A stretch of DNA of 64,000 nt, from the IMG/VR virus record IMGVR_UViG_3300035180_001778, positions 62,001-126,000 of that record, one strand, 5' to 3'. The notes beneath the pieces were generated by a model, which saw nothing but the letters and a program-made list of their open reading frames with translations, had not been told where the DNA came from and made no database searches. The number at the start of each line of letters is the position of its first letter. The first letter of the stretch is position 1. Shown here in pieces: positions 25,319 through 34,545 of this stretch. The position numbers were made by a program, and so were the translations under genes.

Positions 25319-28183
25319 TTACGAGCTGGGAAGATACTGTCCGTCGGAAAGATGCATCTCCTTGAGAGCCCCCGCGACCATCTCGGGGTTGATCTTGACT
25401 CCGAGCTTGGGGTCAATGATCGTCTTCCCCGACATCGGGTCAATCAACCGGAGGATCGATCCGTTGTCGGGATCGATGTACTGCGCGCACACCCCACGGA
25501 CTTGCCGAAGCGTGGACGGGGACAGTTCTCGAAGCCGAATCGTGACGACCTTGGGCGGCGGACCATCCTGCTTCAACGTCTGTTGAGACAAGGGAGCCAT
25601 CGGCGAAGAGGGAGGCGTCTCCTTCTCACGACCACCCGAGGACGGGGGAGTTGAAGGGGGCGGTGAGCTGGAGCCCCCCTTGAGCCACGGGGGGTCGATC
25701 TTCAACCGGATGGTGAAGACCTTCTTGCCGCTCTTCTCCTCCGTCTTGACGATGACTTCCTCTTCCAGGATCTCAGCTTCCTTCTCGACCACACGGGTGA
25801 GAGAGTAGACGAATCCGCCGAGGAGCACTTCGAACTCCTTGAGGACATACCCTTCCTTGAAAAGAACGACACCATAGCCCGCGCCCCAGTTGAAGCCGAT
25901 CAAGGGCTCGACAATAAGAGGGACCTGCCAGATAGGCGAGTAGGGAGGACGAGCCATCTTCGTCGGCATCTCCATCTGCTCGACGATGAGGGGGATGGCT
26001 TCCGCCACACGATCGAAGCGAATCTCGAAGACAAGCTCGTCGTGAACCGTGAGGAGCATCCGAACCGAATCGTCACCCCCATTTCGGAGCCAGCCCCGGC
26101 GGTGGAACTCCTTGTGGAGCAGAACCATCGCGATCTTCATGATGTCCGCGCCGCTCCCCTGAATCGGGTAGTTCGTCGCGTGACGCTCACAGGCAGCTCG
26201 GATCATGTTCGCGTCTTGCGACGACAAGATCCGACCGTTGTGCATCTCCCCTTCCATCACGTTGGCATCGGGGATGGCAATCCAACGACCGAAAGCCGTC
26301 CAGACGCCCTTGTCCCTCTTGACCTTCGTGTGTTGCTGCTTGACCCACTTCGCGAAGGTCGGGACCGCCTTATCGAAGGCCGCCTTCCGGCGTTGCCCCT
26401 CGACCTTGTCACAGCCCGTCGCCCGCATGATGGCCGCCGGCCCACCACCGTAGACGAGAGTGAAGTTGGCAATCTTGCCCATCTTCCGCTCGTCCTTGGT
26501 GATGTCCGCCTTGTTGAAGAAGGCCCTGGCGGTGATGCTGTGGAGATCGCCCGACCCTTCCTTGAACTCCTTGATCCAGACGCCTTCGTTCGAGAGGTTC
26601 GTGACGATCCGCAGCTCTTGGCCTGCGTAATCGCACTTGCACATCGCATAGCCCGGCCGGGCCTCGAAGCACGTTCGAATGTCGGACGTCGAAGGAATCC
26701 CGTGGCTGGGGACGCCACTGAAACCATGGTCGAGATGGTCCTTCCGGCTCGGAGCCGAGAAGCGCCCTGTGGCCGCTCCCGTCTGCTTCCAGTCGAACCG
26801 CATCTCCGACAGAGGCATCGCGTGCTTGTCGTAGTTCTCGTAGAGGTTGTGCAGGTAGGTCCCGAGGAGCTTCTCTTCACCCCGGAGCTTGACCATCCAT
26901 TGGAGGATCATGGGGGCATTGGGGCCCATGTCCTTCGTGAGGGTTTCGAGAGTCTCCCCGTCCGTCTTGTACTGCTGAGACTTCTCGTTCTTCTCGGGCT
27001 TGGGGGAGATGTCCAGACCCTTCTCCCCGAAGAGGAACTCTCCGAGCTGCTTGGTGCTCGCAGGGTCGAAGCTGTGGAAGCCCTTGCTCTTGGCGAGAGC
27101 GTCGATGAGAACGAGAAGCTCATCGCGCTTCTTGGTGTGCCTGTCCAGGAGGAGCTTGACCTTGCCCCGGTTCACCATTGCGCGGTTGCGTTCCATGACG
27201 CGAACCACCTGGGATACTTGCTTCTCCAGGCGGTAGGTGAAGCCGTACTTGTCCCGGCTCAGCTTCACGAGGTCGTCTCGTAGGCAGAGGAGGTTCGTGC
27301 AGATAGCGTCGGAACAGGCGTATTTGATCACGCCCGGCTCATCCGGCGAGAGCGAATCGAACTTGATCGGGCGGCCCTTGAGGAACAGCTCCTTCAGCTC
27401 GATCATCTCGTAGGCGTACTCGACCCTCAACCGCTTCCCGTCCGATCCCGTGACCTCTTCCGAGACTCGGAGACGAGACTTCGAGTTCTCCTTGAGACCA
27501 AGCCAGTCGTCGGAGTAGACCGTGAAGGCCGCCAGGCAACCATCCTCGAAGGAGTCGGGGTGCCACCAATCGATCCCCGTGATGGGGTAGAGGAACTCCT
27601 GATCGAACTTGGCGTTCCAGAAGTTGATGACGAGCTGCGGTCCCTCCTCGAACTCCTTGAAGGATAGGAGGTCCTTGGGGGTGCCCTTGGGGGTCGGCTG
27701 CGAGGCGAGACACAGTCGACGGATTTCCGCTTCGACCTCGCTCGGCTTGACGTTCAGATCCGGCATCCCTTCGCCGGTCTTGTGGCGGACAGGGATGTAG
27801 TAGCCCGTCTTGGAGTCGACCGAGATGCAGAACCCCACGATCTTGTGGACCGTCTGAGGCTTGCCCTCCGCATCGTAGAAGATGCGGTTGTCGAGGCCCT
27901 GGGTTTCCAGGTCGAGCGAGCAGTTCTTGGCAGCGATGGCCGCATCGACGATCGTTCGAACCTCTTCGATGGCCTTCACGAGCACGAACTCGTGAAAACG
28001 CATCCACGGCTTCGTCGGGTCGGGGACATCGCGTTCCCTGACCATCCCGGTGTTCGACATGAAGTCGTCGAGCCCACCCTCATCCTCGAAGGACTCGATG
28101 GGGCGATCCTTCTCCTTGCGTCCGAGAGGAGCCGGGGAGTTCAAGAAGTCAATATCGTCGTCATCGAACTCGTCAGCCATCAC
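25319..28183 (-). CDS. polA: Family A DNA polymerase with 3'-5' exonuclease and C-terminal extension
   Basis: ExoI DLET, ExoII NAKFD, ExoIII YACSD; motif A CDYAGQELRI; motif B RKMGKIANFTLVYG; motif C VHDELVFE. Confidence 0.95.
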   Translation of the reverse strand: MMADEFDDDDIDFLNSPAPLGRKEKDRPIESFEDEGGLDDFMSNTGMVRERDVPDPTKPWMRFHEFVLVKAIEEVRTIVDAAIAAKNCSLDLETQGLDNRIFYDAEGKPQTVHKIVGFCISVDSKTGYYIPVRHKTGEGMPDLNVKPSEVEAEIRRLCLASQPTPKGTPKDLLSFKEFEEGPQLVINFWNAKFDQEFLYPITGIDWWHPDSFEDGCLAAFTVYSDDWLGLKENSKSRLRVSEEVTGSDGKRLRVEYAYEMIELKELFLKGRPIKFDSLSPDEPGVIKYACSDAICTNLLCLRDDLVKLSRDKYGFTYRLEKQVSQVVRVMERNRAMVNRGKVKLLLDRHTKKRDELLVLIDALAKSKGFHSFDPASTKQLGEFLFGEKGLDISPKPEKNEKSQQYKTDGETLETLTKDMGPNAPMILQWMVKLRGEEKLLGTYLHNLYENYDKHAMPLSEMRFDWKQTGAATGRFSAPSRKDHLDHGFSGVPSHGIPSTSDIRTCFEARPGYAMCKCDYAGQELRIVTNLSNEGVWIKEFKEGSGDLHSITARAFFNKADITKDERKMGKIANFTLVYGGGPAAIMRATGCDKVEGQRRKAAFDKAVPTFAKWVKQQHTKVKRDKGVWTAFGRWIAIPDANVMEGEMHNGRILSSQDANMIRAACERHATNYPIQGSGADIMKIAMVLLHKEFHRRGWLRNGGDDSVRMLLTVHDELVFEIRFDRVAEAIPLIVEQMEMPTKMARPPYSPIWQVPLIVEPLIGFNWGAGYGVVLFKEGYVLKEFEVLLGGFVYSLTRVVEKEAEILEEEVIVKTEEKSGKKVFTIRLKIDPPWLKGGSSSPPPSTPPSSGGREKETPPSSPMAPLSQQTLKQDGPPPKVVTIRLRELSPSTLRQVRGVCAQYIDPDNGSILRLIDPMSGKTIIDPKLGVKINPEMVAGALKEMHLSDGQYLPSS

Positions 28184-28605
28184 GCCTCCTGAACCAACAC
28201 GATGTACACACCCTCACGCCAGAGCCGAATGATCTCGGCCGCGAGGGGCCCCGTAAAATCATCCGTTCCTTCGGGCTGAAAACACCAAGGCATCTTCTTG
28301 GCCGACGGGACGCAGTAATGGGGGATGTAGAGGCTACACCGCTTCCTCTGGACACACTGAGAATGTGTCTCAGGGAGCTTGCGTAGAAGTAGAGCTGGCG
28401 CCGGGCCTAGCTGGTCGAGGAAGGGGCGGGTCCAACCTCGAAGGGCATGGTCCATCGTCGCCTTCGAGACTTGAGGGATGTTGGCCGTGATCGGCTGGCC
28501 TTGAAGCTGGAACCATTCATCTTCCCAGGCCTCGCCGTAGACGTAGATGAGGAACAGCTCCAGGAAGCCCAGCTCGTTGGTCCGGATCTTCAGACGTCGG
28601 GACAA
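28180..28605 (-). CDS. Hypothetical Cys-containing protein (141 aa)
   Basis: C..RKRC..YC..PWCF; ATGA overlap with polA. Confidence 0.75.
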   Translation of the reverse strand: MSRRLKIRTNELGFLELFLIYVYGEAWEDEWFQLQGQPITANIPQVSKATMDHALRGWTRPFLDQLGPAPALLLRKLPETHSQCVQRKRCSLYIPHYCVPSAKKMPWCFQPEGTDDFTGPLAAEIIRLWREGVYIVLVQEA

Positions 28606-29216
28606 GCCCGTTCCCTCTGGCCGATCTTGTCGAGCACGAGCCGGATGGTCTCCTTGGCCTTGAGCGGGAGCACCCGACGATCGTCGAGAGAGCCGTAGAG
28701 CCGATCGAGGATCGTCCCGAGGACCAGATAGGCCTTCATGTCGAAGAGTTCCTTGGCGGCGAGGAGGCGGCGTTCGCAGATCCCGAGAAGGCTGTGAACC
28801 TCAGCGTCTTGAGCCAGAGCTTCTTCGTCTTCCCCGTGAGCTTCCGGCGGAGGACCTTCAGGCGCGGTGAGCCCGTTGTCCCGCTCGATCATCGCGAGGA
28901 GCTGGGTGAACTTGCCCTCGAAGCCCTCGAACTTCTTGTAGAGCGCGATGCAGTCCCAGCGCTCCTGGCACACGAAGCACCACGCGTGAGAGGGGCCGCG
29001 GTTCGACTCCGGGTGATACCGAACGGAGGGCTTGTTGTCTCGCCCGTGGAAGGGGCAGGCGAACTGCTCCTCGCGAGCACCACCGTTCCGAAGGCTCACC
29101 CCGTTCCGTCGGAGCACGTCATAGGCCGTCACCTGGCGGTGAATAGCCTCGATGCGAGCCTGGATCCATCGTCGGAAGACTTCCTTCCGCTCGTGGTCTT
29201 GGGGTTCAAATGCCAT
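28590..29216 (-). CDS. CHC2 zinc-finger protein (primase-type zinc-binding domain without TOPRIM)
   Basis: CPFHGRDNKPS..AWCFVCQ..WDCI. Confidence 0.8.
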   Translation of the reverse strand: MAFEPQDHERKEVFRRWIQARIEAIHRQVTAYDVLRRNGVSLRNGGAREEQFACPFHGRDNKPSVRYHPESNRGPSHAWCFVCQERWDCIALYKKFEGFEGKFTQLLAMIERDNGLTAPEGPPPEAHGEDEEALAQDAEVHSLLGICERRLLAAKELFDMKAYLVLGTILDRLYGSLDDRRVLPLKAKETIRLVLDKIGQRERACPDV

Positions 29217-29376
29217 CGTCGTCATCCTCCAAAAGGTGAGTCCAAAAGACCGGGAGGTTCGCTCGTTCTCGTTGCTTCTCCTGAACGAGAAGCGCGAACA
29301 TCTCATAGACCTTCAAGGTCGCAGGTCGGAGCCAGGCCCAATCCGCCTCCCAATCGTCAGATGTGCGTTCGTTCAC
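29206..29376 (-). CDS. Small protein with tail VFWTHLLEDDDDGI (56 aa)
   Basis: GTG 29376 overlaps the upstream TGA. Confidence 0.6.
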   Translation of the reverse strand: MNERTSDDWEADWAWLRPATLKVYEMFALLVQEKQRERANLPVFWTHLLEDDDDGI

Positions 29377-29603
29377 AGGTCGTCCTCCAGGTAATACCAC
29401 ACTGTCTTATGGGTCGGAATCGCACAAGACAACGCATACCCATGTCGAGTCATGGGCTCCAGGTCTTCCGGCTCCAGGTCCAAAAGGGCCATGGCCGTCT
29501 GTTCTTTCCCCTCTTGAGACAGATGAGGGAAGAGATTATGCACCACCCGCACAACCAGGAGCGCGTGAACCCGAAACTTTTCTTCCGTCTCGATTTGGGG
29601 CAT
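29373..29603 (-). CDS. Small protein with tail TVWYYLEDDL (76 aa)
   Basis: Starts 1 nt after the helicase stop. Confidence 0.7.
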   Translation of the reverse strand: MPQIETEEKFRVHALLVVRVVHNLFPHLSQEGKEQTAMALLDLEPEDLEPMTRHGYALSCAIPTHKTVWYYLEDDL

Positions 29604-29604
29604 C

Positions 29605-31068
29605 TCACACGTTGAACATCTCGTCGAGCACTTGCTTGTGCTCCTCGACGCTCATCCCCTTGCCCTGGTACATATCCATGTTGTAGATCCGCTTCGAGCT
29701 GAAGTGGACCGACGCGAGGAAGGGCTCGAAGATCGGGTTGTCCCGATTCTTGAGGTTGCAGAACAGGGTGGTGCCGTTCGCCCGATGGTTCTCATCCAGG
29801 TAGGTTGTCGTCAGCACATCGGCCGACTTCTCGACCTGGTTGGCGTAGGCCACGGCGGACATCTTGTATTTGCCCTCGTTCTTGGACGCCTCGTCCTTGC
29901 CTTGCCGGTTGATCTGGAAGAGCATGAGGACAGGGATCCGCTCCCCGTGATTGAAGTGCAGAGCGAGACGCTTCGCATCCCGAACGACAGAGTTCAGCTC
30001 GACGCCGTAATCCTTGGACCTCTTGGTCTTGCGGGCCTCGACCTCTTGCCCGTGGTCGATGACGATCAGCCCCACTTCCATCTGCTTGTGGAGAAGCTCG
30101 CACTCCAGGCGAATGTCATCCATGGTCACCTCCCGGTCAGGGGAGATGATCTCGCAGTGGCAGTAGTCCGGGTTGTTGGCGAAGTCGTCAACAACCCTCT
30201 CGTAGAAGGCTTCCTCCGCGGGGGATAGCTCCCCATCCCGGACCTTCCGGTAATCGAGAGGCACGTACCCCATGGCCCGCCACTTCATGTTGGCCGAGTG
30301 GAGCACGTAGAACTGGAGGCGGATCTGCTCGTAGGGCATTTCCAGCGACCAGTAGACGATGTTCGTCCGATACCGGGTGACGAGGTTGTAACACCAGTTG
30401 AGCGAGAACGTGGTCTTCAGCTCGCCGGGGAAGGCCGCGTGAACCCACAGCTCTCCGCGCTTGATCCCGTGGGTGTTCTTGTCGATCTCGTTGAGCCCGC
30501 AGAACTTCCCCCAGGTCTTCTCCTTGTTGACCTTGGCGTCCTGGTATTGATCGAGGATGGCTTGGCCATCCTTCCGGATGTCCCCCGAGGTCCTCGCGTT
30601 GTACTCCGGGATGATCAGGTCGTGAGACTTCGAGGTGAAATGCACGAGAGCATCTCGAACCCCGTGCTTCCGGATCTTCTCGCGCCCCTCGACGATCTCC
30701 AAACCGCGGGTGACGATCTCGTGCGTCTCCTTGAGGAGGGCGATCGTCTTGTTCGTGTTCTGTTGCTCCAGGATCGTTTGGAGCAGGGCGGCGAAGTTGG
30801 TTCGGACGTAGGCCGGCGAAGCCTCGATGTCCGGGATGCGCTCCTGGATCTCGACGTCGTCCATGCGGACGAAATAGTCCCGGATTGTCTGGACAGCGGG
30901 GATCTCCAACCGCTGTTGGAAGTACGACTTGACGTACTCGAAGATTTTCTCGTCGTCGGGACGATTCCAGCCGATCTGAGCGGCAATGAGCCGCTGGAGG
31001 TTCTGCGTCAGGTGCTCTTGGGGTGTCTGCCCATCAAAATCGATGATGGATCGAAGTAGGCGCTTCAT
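29605..31068 (-). CDS. dnaB: DnaB-like (SF4) replicative helicase
   Basis: RGELWVHAAFPGELKTT, SLEM, LIVIDH, MLFQINRQG, EKSADV, KNRD. Confidence 0.88.
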   Translation of the reverse strand: MKRLLRSIIDFDGQTPQEHLTQNLQRLIAAQIGWNRPDDEKIFEYVKSYFQQRLEIPAVQTIRDYFVRMDDVEIQERIPDIEASPAYVRTNFAALLQTILEQQNTNKTIALLKETHEIVTRGLEIVEGREKIRKHGVRDALVHFTSKSHDLIIPEYNARTSGDIRKDGQAILDQYQDAKVNKEKTWGKFCGLNEIDKNTHGIKRGELWVHAAFPGELKTTFSLNWCYNLVTRYRTNIVYWSLEMPYEQIRLQFYVLHSANMKWRAMGYVPLDYRKVRDGELSPAEEAFYERVVDDFANNPDYCHCEIISPDREVTMDDIRLECELLHKQMEVGLIVIDHGQEVEARKTKRSKDYGVELNSVVRDAKRLALHFNHGERIPVLMLFQINRQGKDEASKNEGKYKMSAVAYANQVEKSADVLTTTYLDENHRANGTTLFCNLKNRDNPIFEPFLASVHFSSKRIYNMDMYQGKGMSVEEHKQVLDEMFNV

Positions 31069-31958
31069 CCGAGCGGTCCCCCTCCCCCGCCGCCATTCCC
31101 GAACTTCTTCGGCTTGAACTTCGACTTGTAGCCGCCGTTATCCCCCAAAGCCCCGTCTGAATTGTTGCTGGGGTAGCTCCGAGCTTCGAAACGAGGCTTC
31201 GGGGCTGCTTCCCAGGTCTTCTCCGTCACGATCTGTGTCTGTGGCGCAGAGTCCATATCCACGTCAACAGGCCCCGAAGGAACGTAGAATCCTTGAGGTG
31301 CTTCTTTCGGCCGATGCTTGTTCGTCAAGTCCATGATCGTGAATCTCTTTTCGATGTACTCAGCCACGTTCTCATCGTAGGAGAAGTGACCGGGACCGAA
31401 AAAGCTATCTGGAGTCTCGTTGATCCATGTAGCCTTTGAGGCAGCTTCACGAAGCATGAGAGCTTCCTTGAGAATCCCGGGCATGGCTTTATTGGGGTAC
31501 CCCAATTTGCCAATACGGAGGATCACAAGGTCGACATCCGGCCCCAAGATGTCGGTCAACGAGTTGAACGTCGGGGCCTCATCACGCTTGCTTTTGGAAC
31601 GAGCCTTGTAGCTCTCATCTCCGACGTAAACGATCTTGAGTCGCTCGTCGGTCAGGACTCGGAAAGAGAAGAAGAGCCCTTTCCCAACCAGAGCGCATTT
31701 TAGATGAGGGAGAAGGTCTTCCCATGCCCCCTTGAGGAAGAGGTTCTTGGCGGTCAGGTCGGTCTTGGGGTCCTTGTCAACGCCTCCCATCTCGAACAGA
31801 GGGCTCGACGTGAGGGAAGGGGCGAGAGCGATCTCTGCCCCAAGGTGTTCCTTCATCGCTCGGGCGAACGCGCAGATGCACTGGCGGACCGTGAGGTCGT
31901 CCACTTCGATCCGCCCCGTCCCCCCACACTTGGAGCAGACCTTTTTCTCGTCAGTCAT
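31065..31958 (-). CDS. DnaC/IstB-like helicase-loader homologue with degenerate ATPase motifs
   Basis: N-terminal CSKC..QCIC; no GKT; VDLVILRIG in place of Walker B; directly upstream of dnaB. Confidence 0.5.
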   Translation of the reverse strand: MTDEKKVCSKCGGTGRIEVDDLTVRQCICAFARAMKEHLGAEIALAPSLTSSPLFEMGGVDKDPKTDLTAKNLFLKGAWEDLLPHLKCALVGKGLFFSFRVLTDERLKIVYVGDESYKARSKSKRDEAPTFNSLTDILGPDVDLVILRIGKLGYPNKAMPGILKEALMLREAASKATWINETPDSFFGPGHFSYDENVAEYIEKRFTIMDLTNKHRPKEAPQGFYVPSGPVDVDMDSAPQTQIVTEKTWEAAPKPRFEARSYPSNNSDGALGDNGGYKSKFKPKKFGNGGGGGGPLG

Positions 31959-31977
31959 TCGCTTCGTCTCTACACCG

Positions 31978-32685
31978 CTAAATGTCCGACTCGAAGTCCA
32001 GGATGTCCCACGACGTCAGGCGTCCGTAGGTCCTGGGGGTCTCTTCCACAGGAGGGGCCAACGCCACAAATGGATTCGCATCAGGGTTCTCTTGCCCCAC
32101 CCTCATCTCCCCATTCTCTCGAAGAACGTAGTCGACGGGCACTTGGGGCTGGGGCCCATTCTCGACACGTACCGGAAGTGCTCGTTGCTCTTGTGCCTGA
32201 GCCAAGAGGGTTTCTTCTTGGCTTGCTACTCTATAATTACGTAAAATCATCGAGTAATTGACGCCATAGGATTCCCACCTCCCTCCTTCTTGAGGGAGGG
32301 ATATCAGCATCACTTCAGAGTTGTCGATCTGCGTGATTCTTCGGAGGGAATTCCCCGTGTCCCCTCCGAAGTTGTCCGTAGGTAGACGGAACACCCAGGA
32401 GTTCCGCCGTACGAAACTCAACTGTTCGGCCGTCCCAATGTAGTTGAACGACGAGAAATCAGAGAGCATACCCTGTGTAGGCACCCACACCTTCTCGAAC
32501 TCTTCTTGGAAGAGAGTCCCACACAATAGTTGGGACTCACCCACATGAAGAACCTCTACCACTCTCGTGTAGGTATATTCTCGTACCGCACCGTCATCTG
32601 TGGCGCGGTAGTCTTGGGTCCACCGCGTGCCCACGAGAAGTTGGGGGTTGGCTCGAAAGGAAGCACCGAGGTCGGAGGGAACCAT
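31978..32685 (-). CDS. Hypothetical protein with tail TSWDILDFESDI (235 aa)
   Basis: GGTGTA-N10-ATG; lower GC. Confidence 0.7.
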   Translation of the reverse strand: MVPSDLGASFRANPQLLVGTRWTQDYRATDDGAVREYTYTRVVEVLHVGESQLLCGTLFQEEFEKVWVPTQGMLSDFSSFNYIGTAEQLSFVRRNSWVFRLPTDNFGGDTGNSLRRITQIDNSEVMLISLPQEGGRWESYGVNYSMILRNYRVASQEETLLAQAQEQRALPVRVENGPQPQVPVDYVLRENGEMRVGQENPDANPFVALAPPVEETPRTYGRLTSWDILDFESDI

Positions 32686-32702
32686 GTGCTTGACCTACAC
32701 CG

Positions 32703-34463
32703 TCATTCGCCGGAACGCATTTGCTTGAGCAGCTCCTTCGTCCCCGCCCCAACGCCGTCCTTCTTGAAGTCGAGGGCCCCAACGGCGGCCTCCCCGAGAA
32801 CCTTGTCGACGAGGTTCTTCTTGCCCATGAGGAGGGTCAGGATGTGGTGGTCGATCGTCTTCTTGTTCTTCCCCGACGCCTTGGGACGAACCGCCACGAT
32901 GTGGTAGGCGCACACATTGGGGTGAGGGCTCCCGATGCGAATCGGCCTCCCAAGGGTCTGCACGTAGTTCCCCCAGCTCCAGGGGGCATCGTAGAACACG
33001 AGAGCGCTGGCCGCCTGGAGGTTGATGGCCTCGCTTCCGGCGTCCGTGATGAAGATGACCTTCATGTCCGAGTCGAGGTTCTGGAACTCCTTTTGATGGT
33101 CCCGGCGAGCCGAGTCCGAGTCCTTCCCCGTGATGCGCCCGCTCTTGATCCCCTTCTCCTTGAGAATGGCCTGTAGGCGCCCCACAAGAGACTCGAAGCG
33201 GGTGTAGACGATGACCTTCTCGCCATCCAGCTCGTCAAGGATGAGGTCCTGGAACGCCTGCTCCTTGCTTCCGAGCTTCGCGATCGTGTGGCTGGCGATC
33301 TCGGCGTCGAGCCGTTCATGACCCCCAGGGAGCAGCTCGTCCCCCGCCTTGTACTTGAGCAAGGTGAGAGAGTCGACGACCTGTTGGCAGTAGCAGAGCG
33401 AGACGAAGGCCTTGTGCTCCTCGTAGTCCTTGGTGGACCCGTCCCCCATTTCGAGGACACCCGAGAGGGCCTCCTGGTACTTCTGGTCTTCTGCGGCCGA
33501 CAGTTCCACGATGATCTGCTTCGTGGTGAGCACGGGTAGCTCGGCAGACACCGCGTGCTTCGGACGCCCAAGGAAGTAGGGGTCGATCCTCTCCCGGAAC
33601 ACCTCCAGGTTCTTGTACCCCACGACCATGGGGATCTTCCGGTTCCCTGCCACCCTCTTCTGCTCGACGATACAGAAGGATGCCAGGAAGGCGGTCTTCG
33701 TCGCAAAGAGACGAGGAACGATCACCTTGAAGATCGAGAAGCCCTCCATCAAGTTGTTCTTGAGGAGCGTCGCCGTGAGCCCGTAGCACCTCTTCGCTCG
33801 ATCCGAGAGGTAGCGACACGTCTGCCACGTCTTGGTAGAGTGGTTCTTGAATGCCGTCGCCTCATCGTAGATGACGACCAGATCCATCCCCCGAGTGAGC
33901 CCGTCAAGATAGCCAGGCAACACGGTCGGCTTCTCCTTGGGGGTCTTCCCAGGGATAGACTGGCTCCCCTGGTCCCAGTCCCGAACGATGATCGCGTAGT
34001 TGACGATGAGCACAGAGAGAGGAGCGTCCTCTCCGAGGGGTGCTTTGGCCCACTTCTCGTAGACCGCTTTGCGTTCTTCGAGAGACCCGCTGACGACGTA
34101 GCACTTGACGCCCGTCGTGAAGCGTTCGATCTCTTCTCCCCACTGGCGTAGGACGCTCTTGGGGGTGACGATGATGACCCGGTTGTTGGGCTCCCGGGGA
34201 CGTAGGTAGCAGAGGGCGGCGATCACCTGGATCGTCTTCCCGAGCCCAGTCCCATCCCCCAAGATCATCCGGGTCATGGTCAGAAGGTGGAAGACCCCCT
34301 GAACCTGGTAGTACCGTAGGCGGAAGTCCTGCGCTTGCCCGTCAAGGCCGAGGATGCTCGCCCTGAGCATCGGGGTGGGCTTCAGTGCAACAGTCGTTGA
34401 AGCCCGAACCTTCTTCAGCGTTTCGTAAGCTGTCGTGTCTTGCGGCGATAGAGCGGTCGTCAT
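32703..34463 (-). CDS. SNF2-family helicase
   Basis: LRYYQVQG, ILGDGTGLGKT, IYDEAT, LTATLLKN, KVIVYTRF, AGSEAINL, QTLGRPIRIG; GGTGTA-N11-ATG. Confidence 0.92.
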   Translation of the reverse strand: MTTALSPQDTTAYETLKKVRASTTVALKPTPMLRASILGLDGQAQDFRLRYYQVQGVFHLLTMTRMILGDGTGLGKTIQVIAALCYLRPREPNNRVIIVTPKSVLRQWGEEIERFTTGVKCYVVSGSLEERKAVYEKWAKAPLGEDAPLSVLIVNYAIIVRDWDQGSQSIPGKTPKEKPTVLPGYLDGLTRGMDLVVIYDEATAFKNHSTKTWQTCRYLSDRAKRCYGLTATLLKNNLMEGFSIFKVIVPRLFATKTAFLASFCIVEQKRVAGNRKIPMVVGYKNLEVFRERIDPYFLGRPKHAVSAELPVLTTKQIIVELSAAEDQKYQEALSGVLEMGDGSTKDYEEHKAFVSLCYCQQVVDSLTLLKYKAGDELLPGGHERLDAEIASHTIAKLGSKEQAFQDLILDELDGEKVIVYTRFESLVGRLQAILKEKGIKSGRITGKDSDSARRDHQKEFQNLDSDMKVIFITDAGSEAINLQAASALVFYDAPWSWGNYVQTLGRPIRIGSPHPNVCAYHIVAVRPKASGKNKKTIDHHILTLLMGKKNLVDKVLGEAAVGALDFKKDGVGAGTKELLKQMRSGE

Positions 34464-34473
34464 TGAGTCCTGT

Positions 34474-34494
34474 CTACACCGAGCTTTGGTGTAG
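34474..34494. promoter_or_regulatory. Divergent pair of GGTGTA elements
   Basis: CTACACC-gagcttt-GGTGTAG between SNF2 (-) and the 34546 gene (+). Confidence 0.6.
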
Positions 34495-34545
34495 GAAATC
34501 GGAGAGCGGTTGATCCGGGGGGAACCATCGCTGTAGGGCCAAAAT

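Noticed and set aside
1125-34480. Reading GGTGTA as a Shine-Dalgarno or a standard TANNNT -10 box
   Set aside because: Complementarity to the anti-SD is poor beyond GGTG and the -7 T is mostly missing; it is kept as a distinct motif, though a translational role is not excluded.
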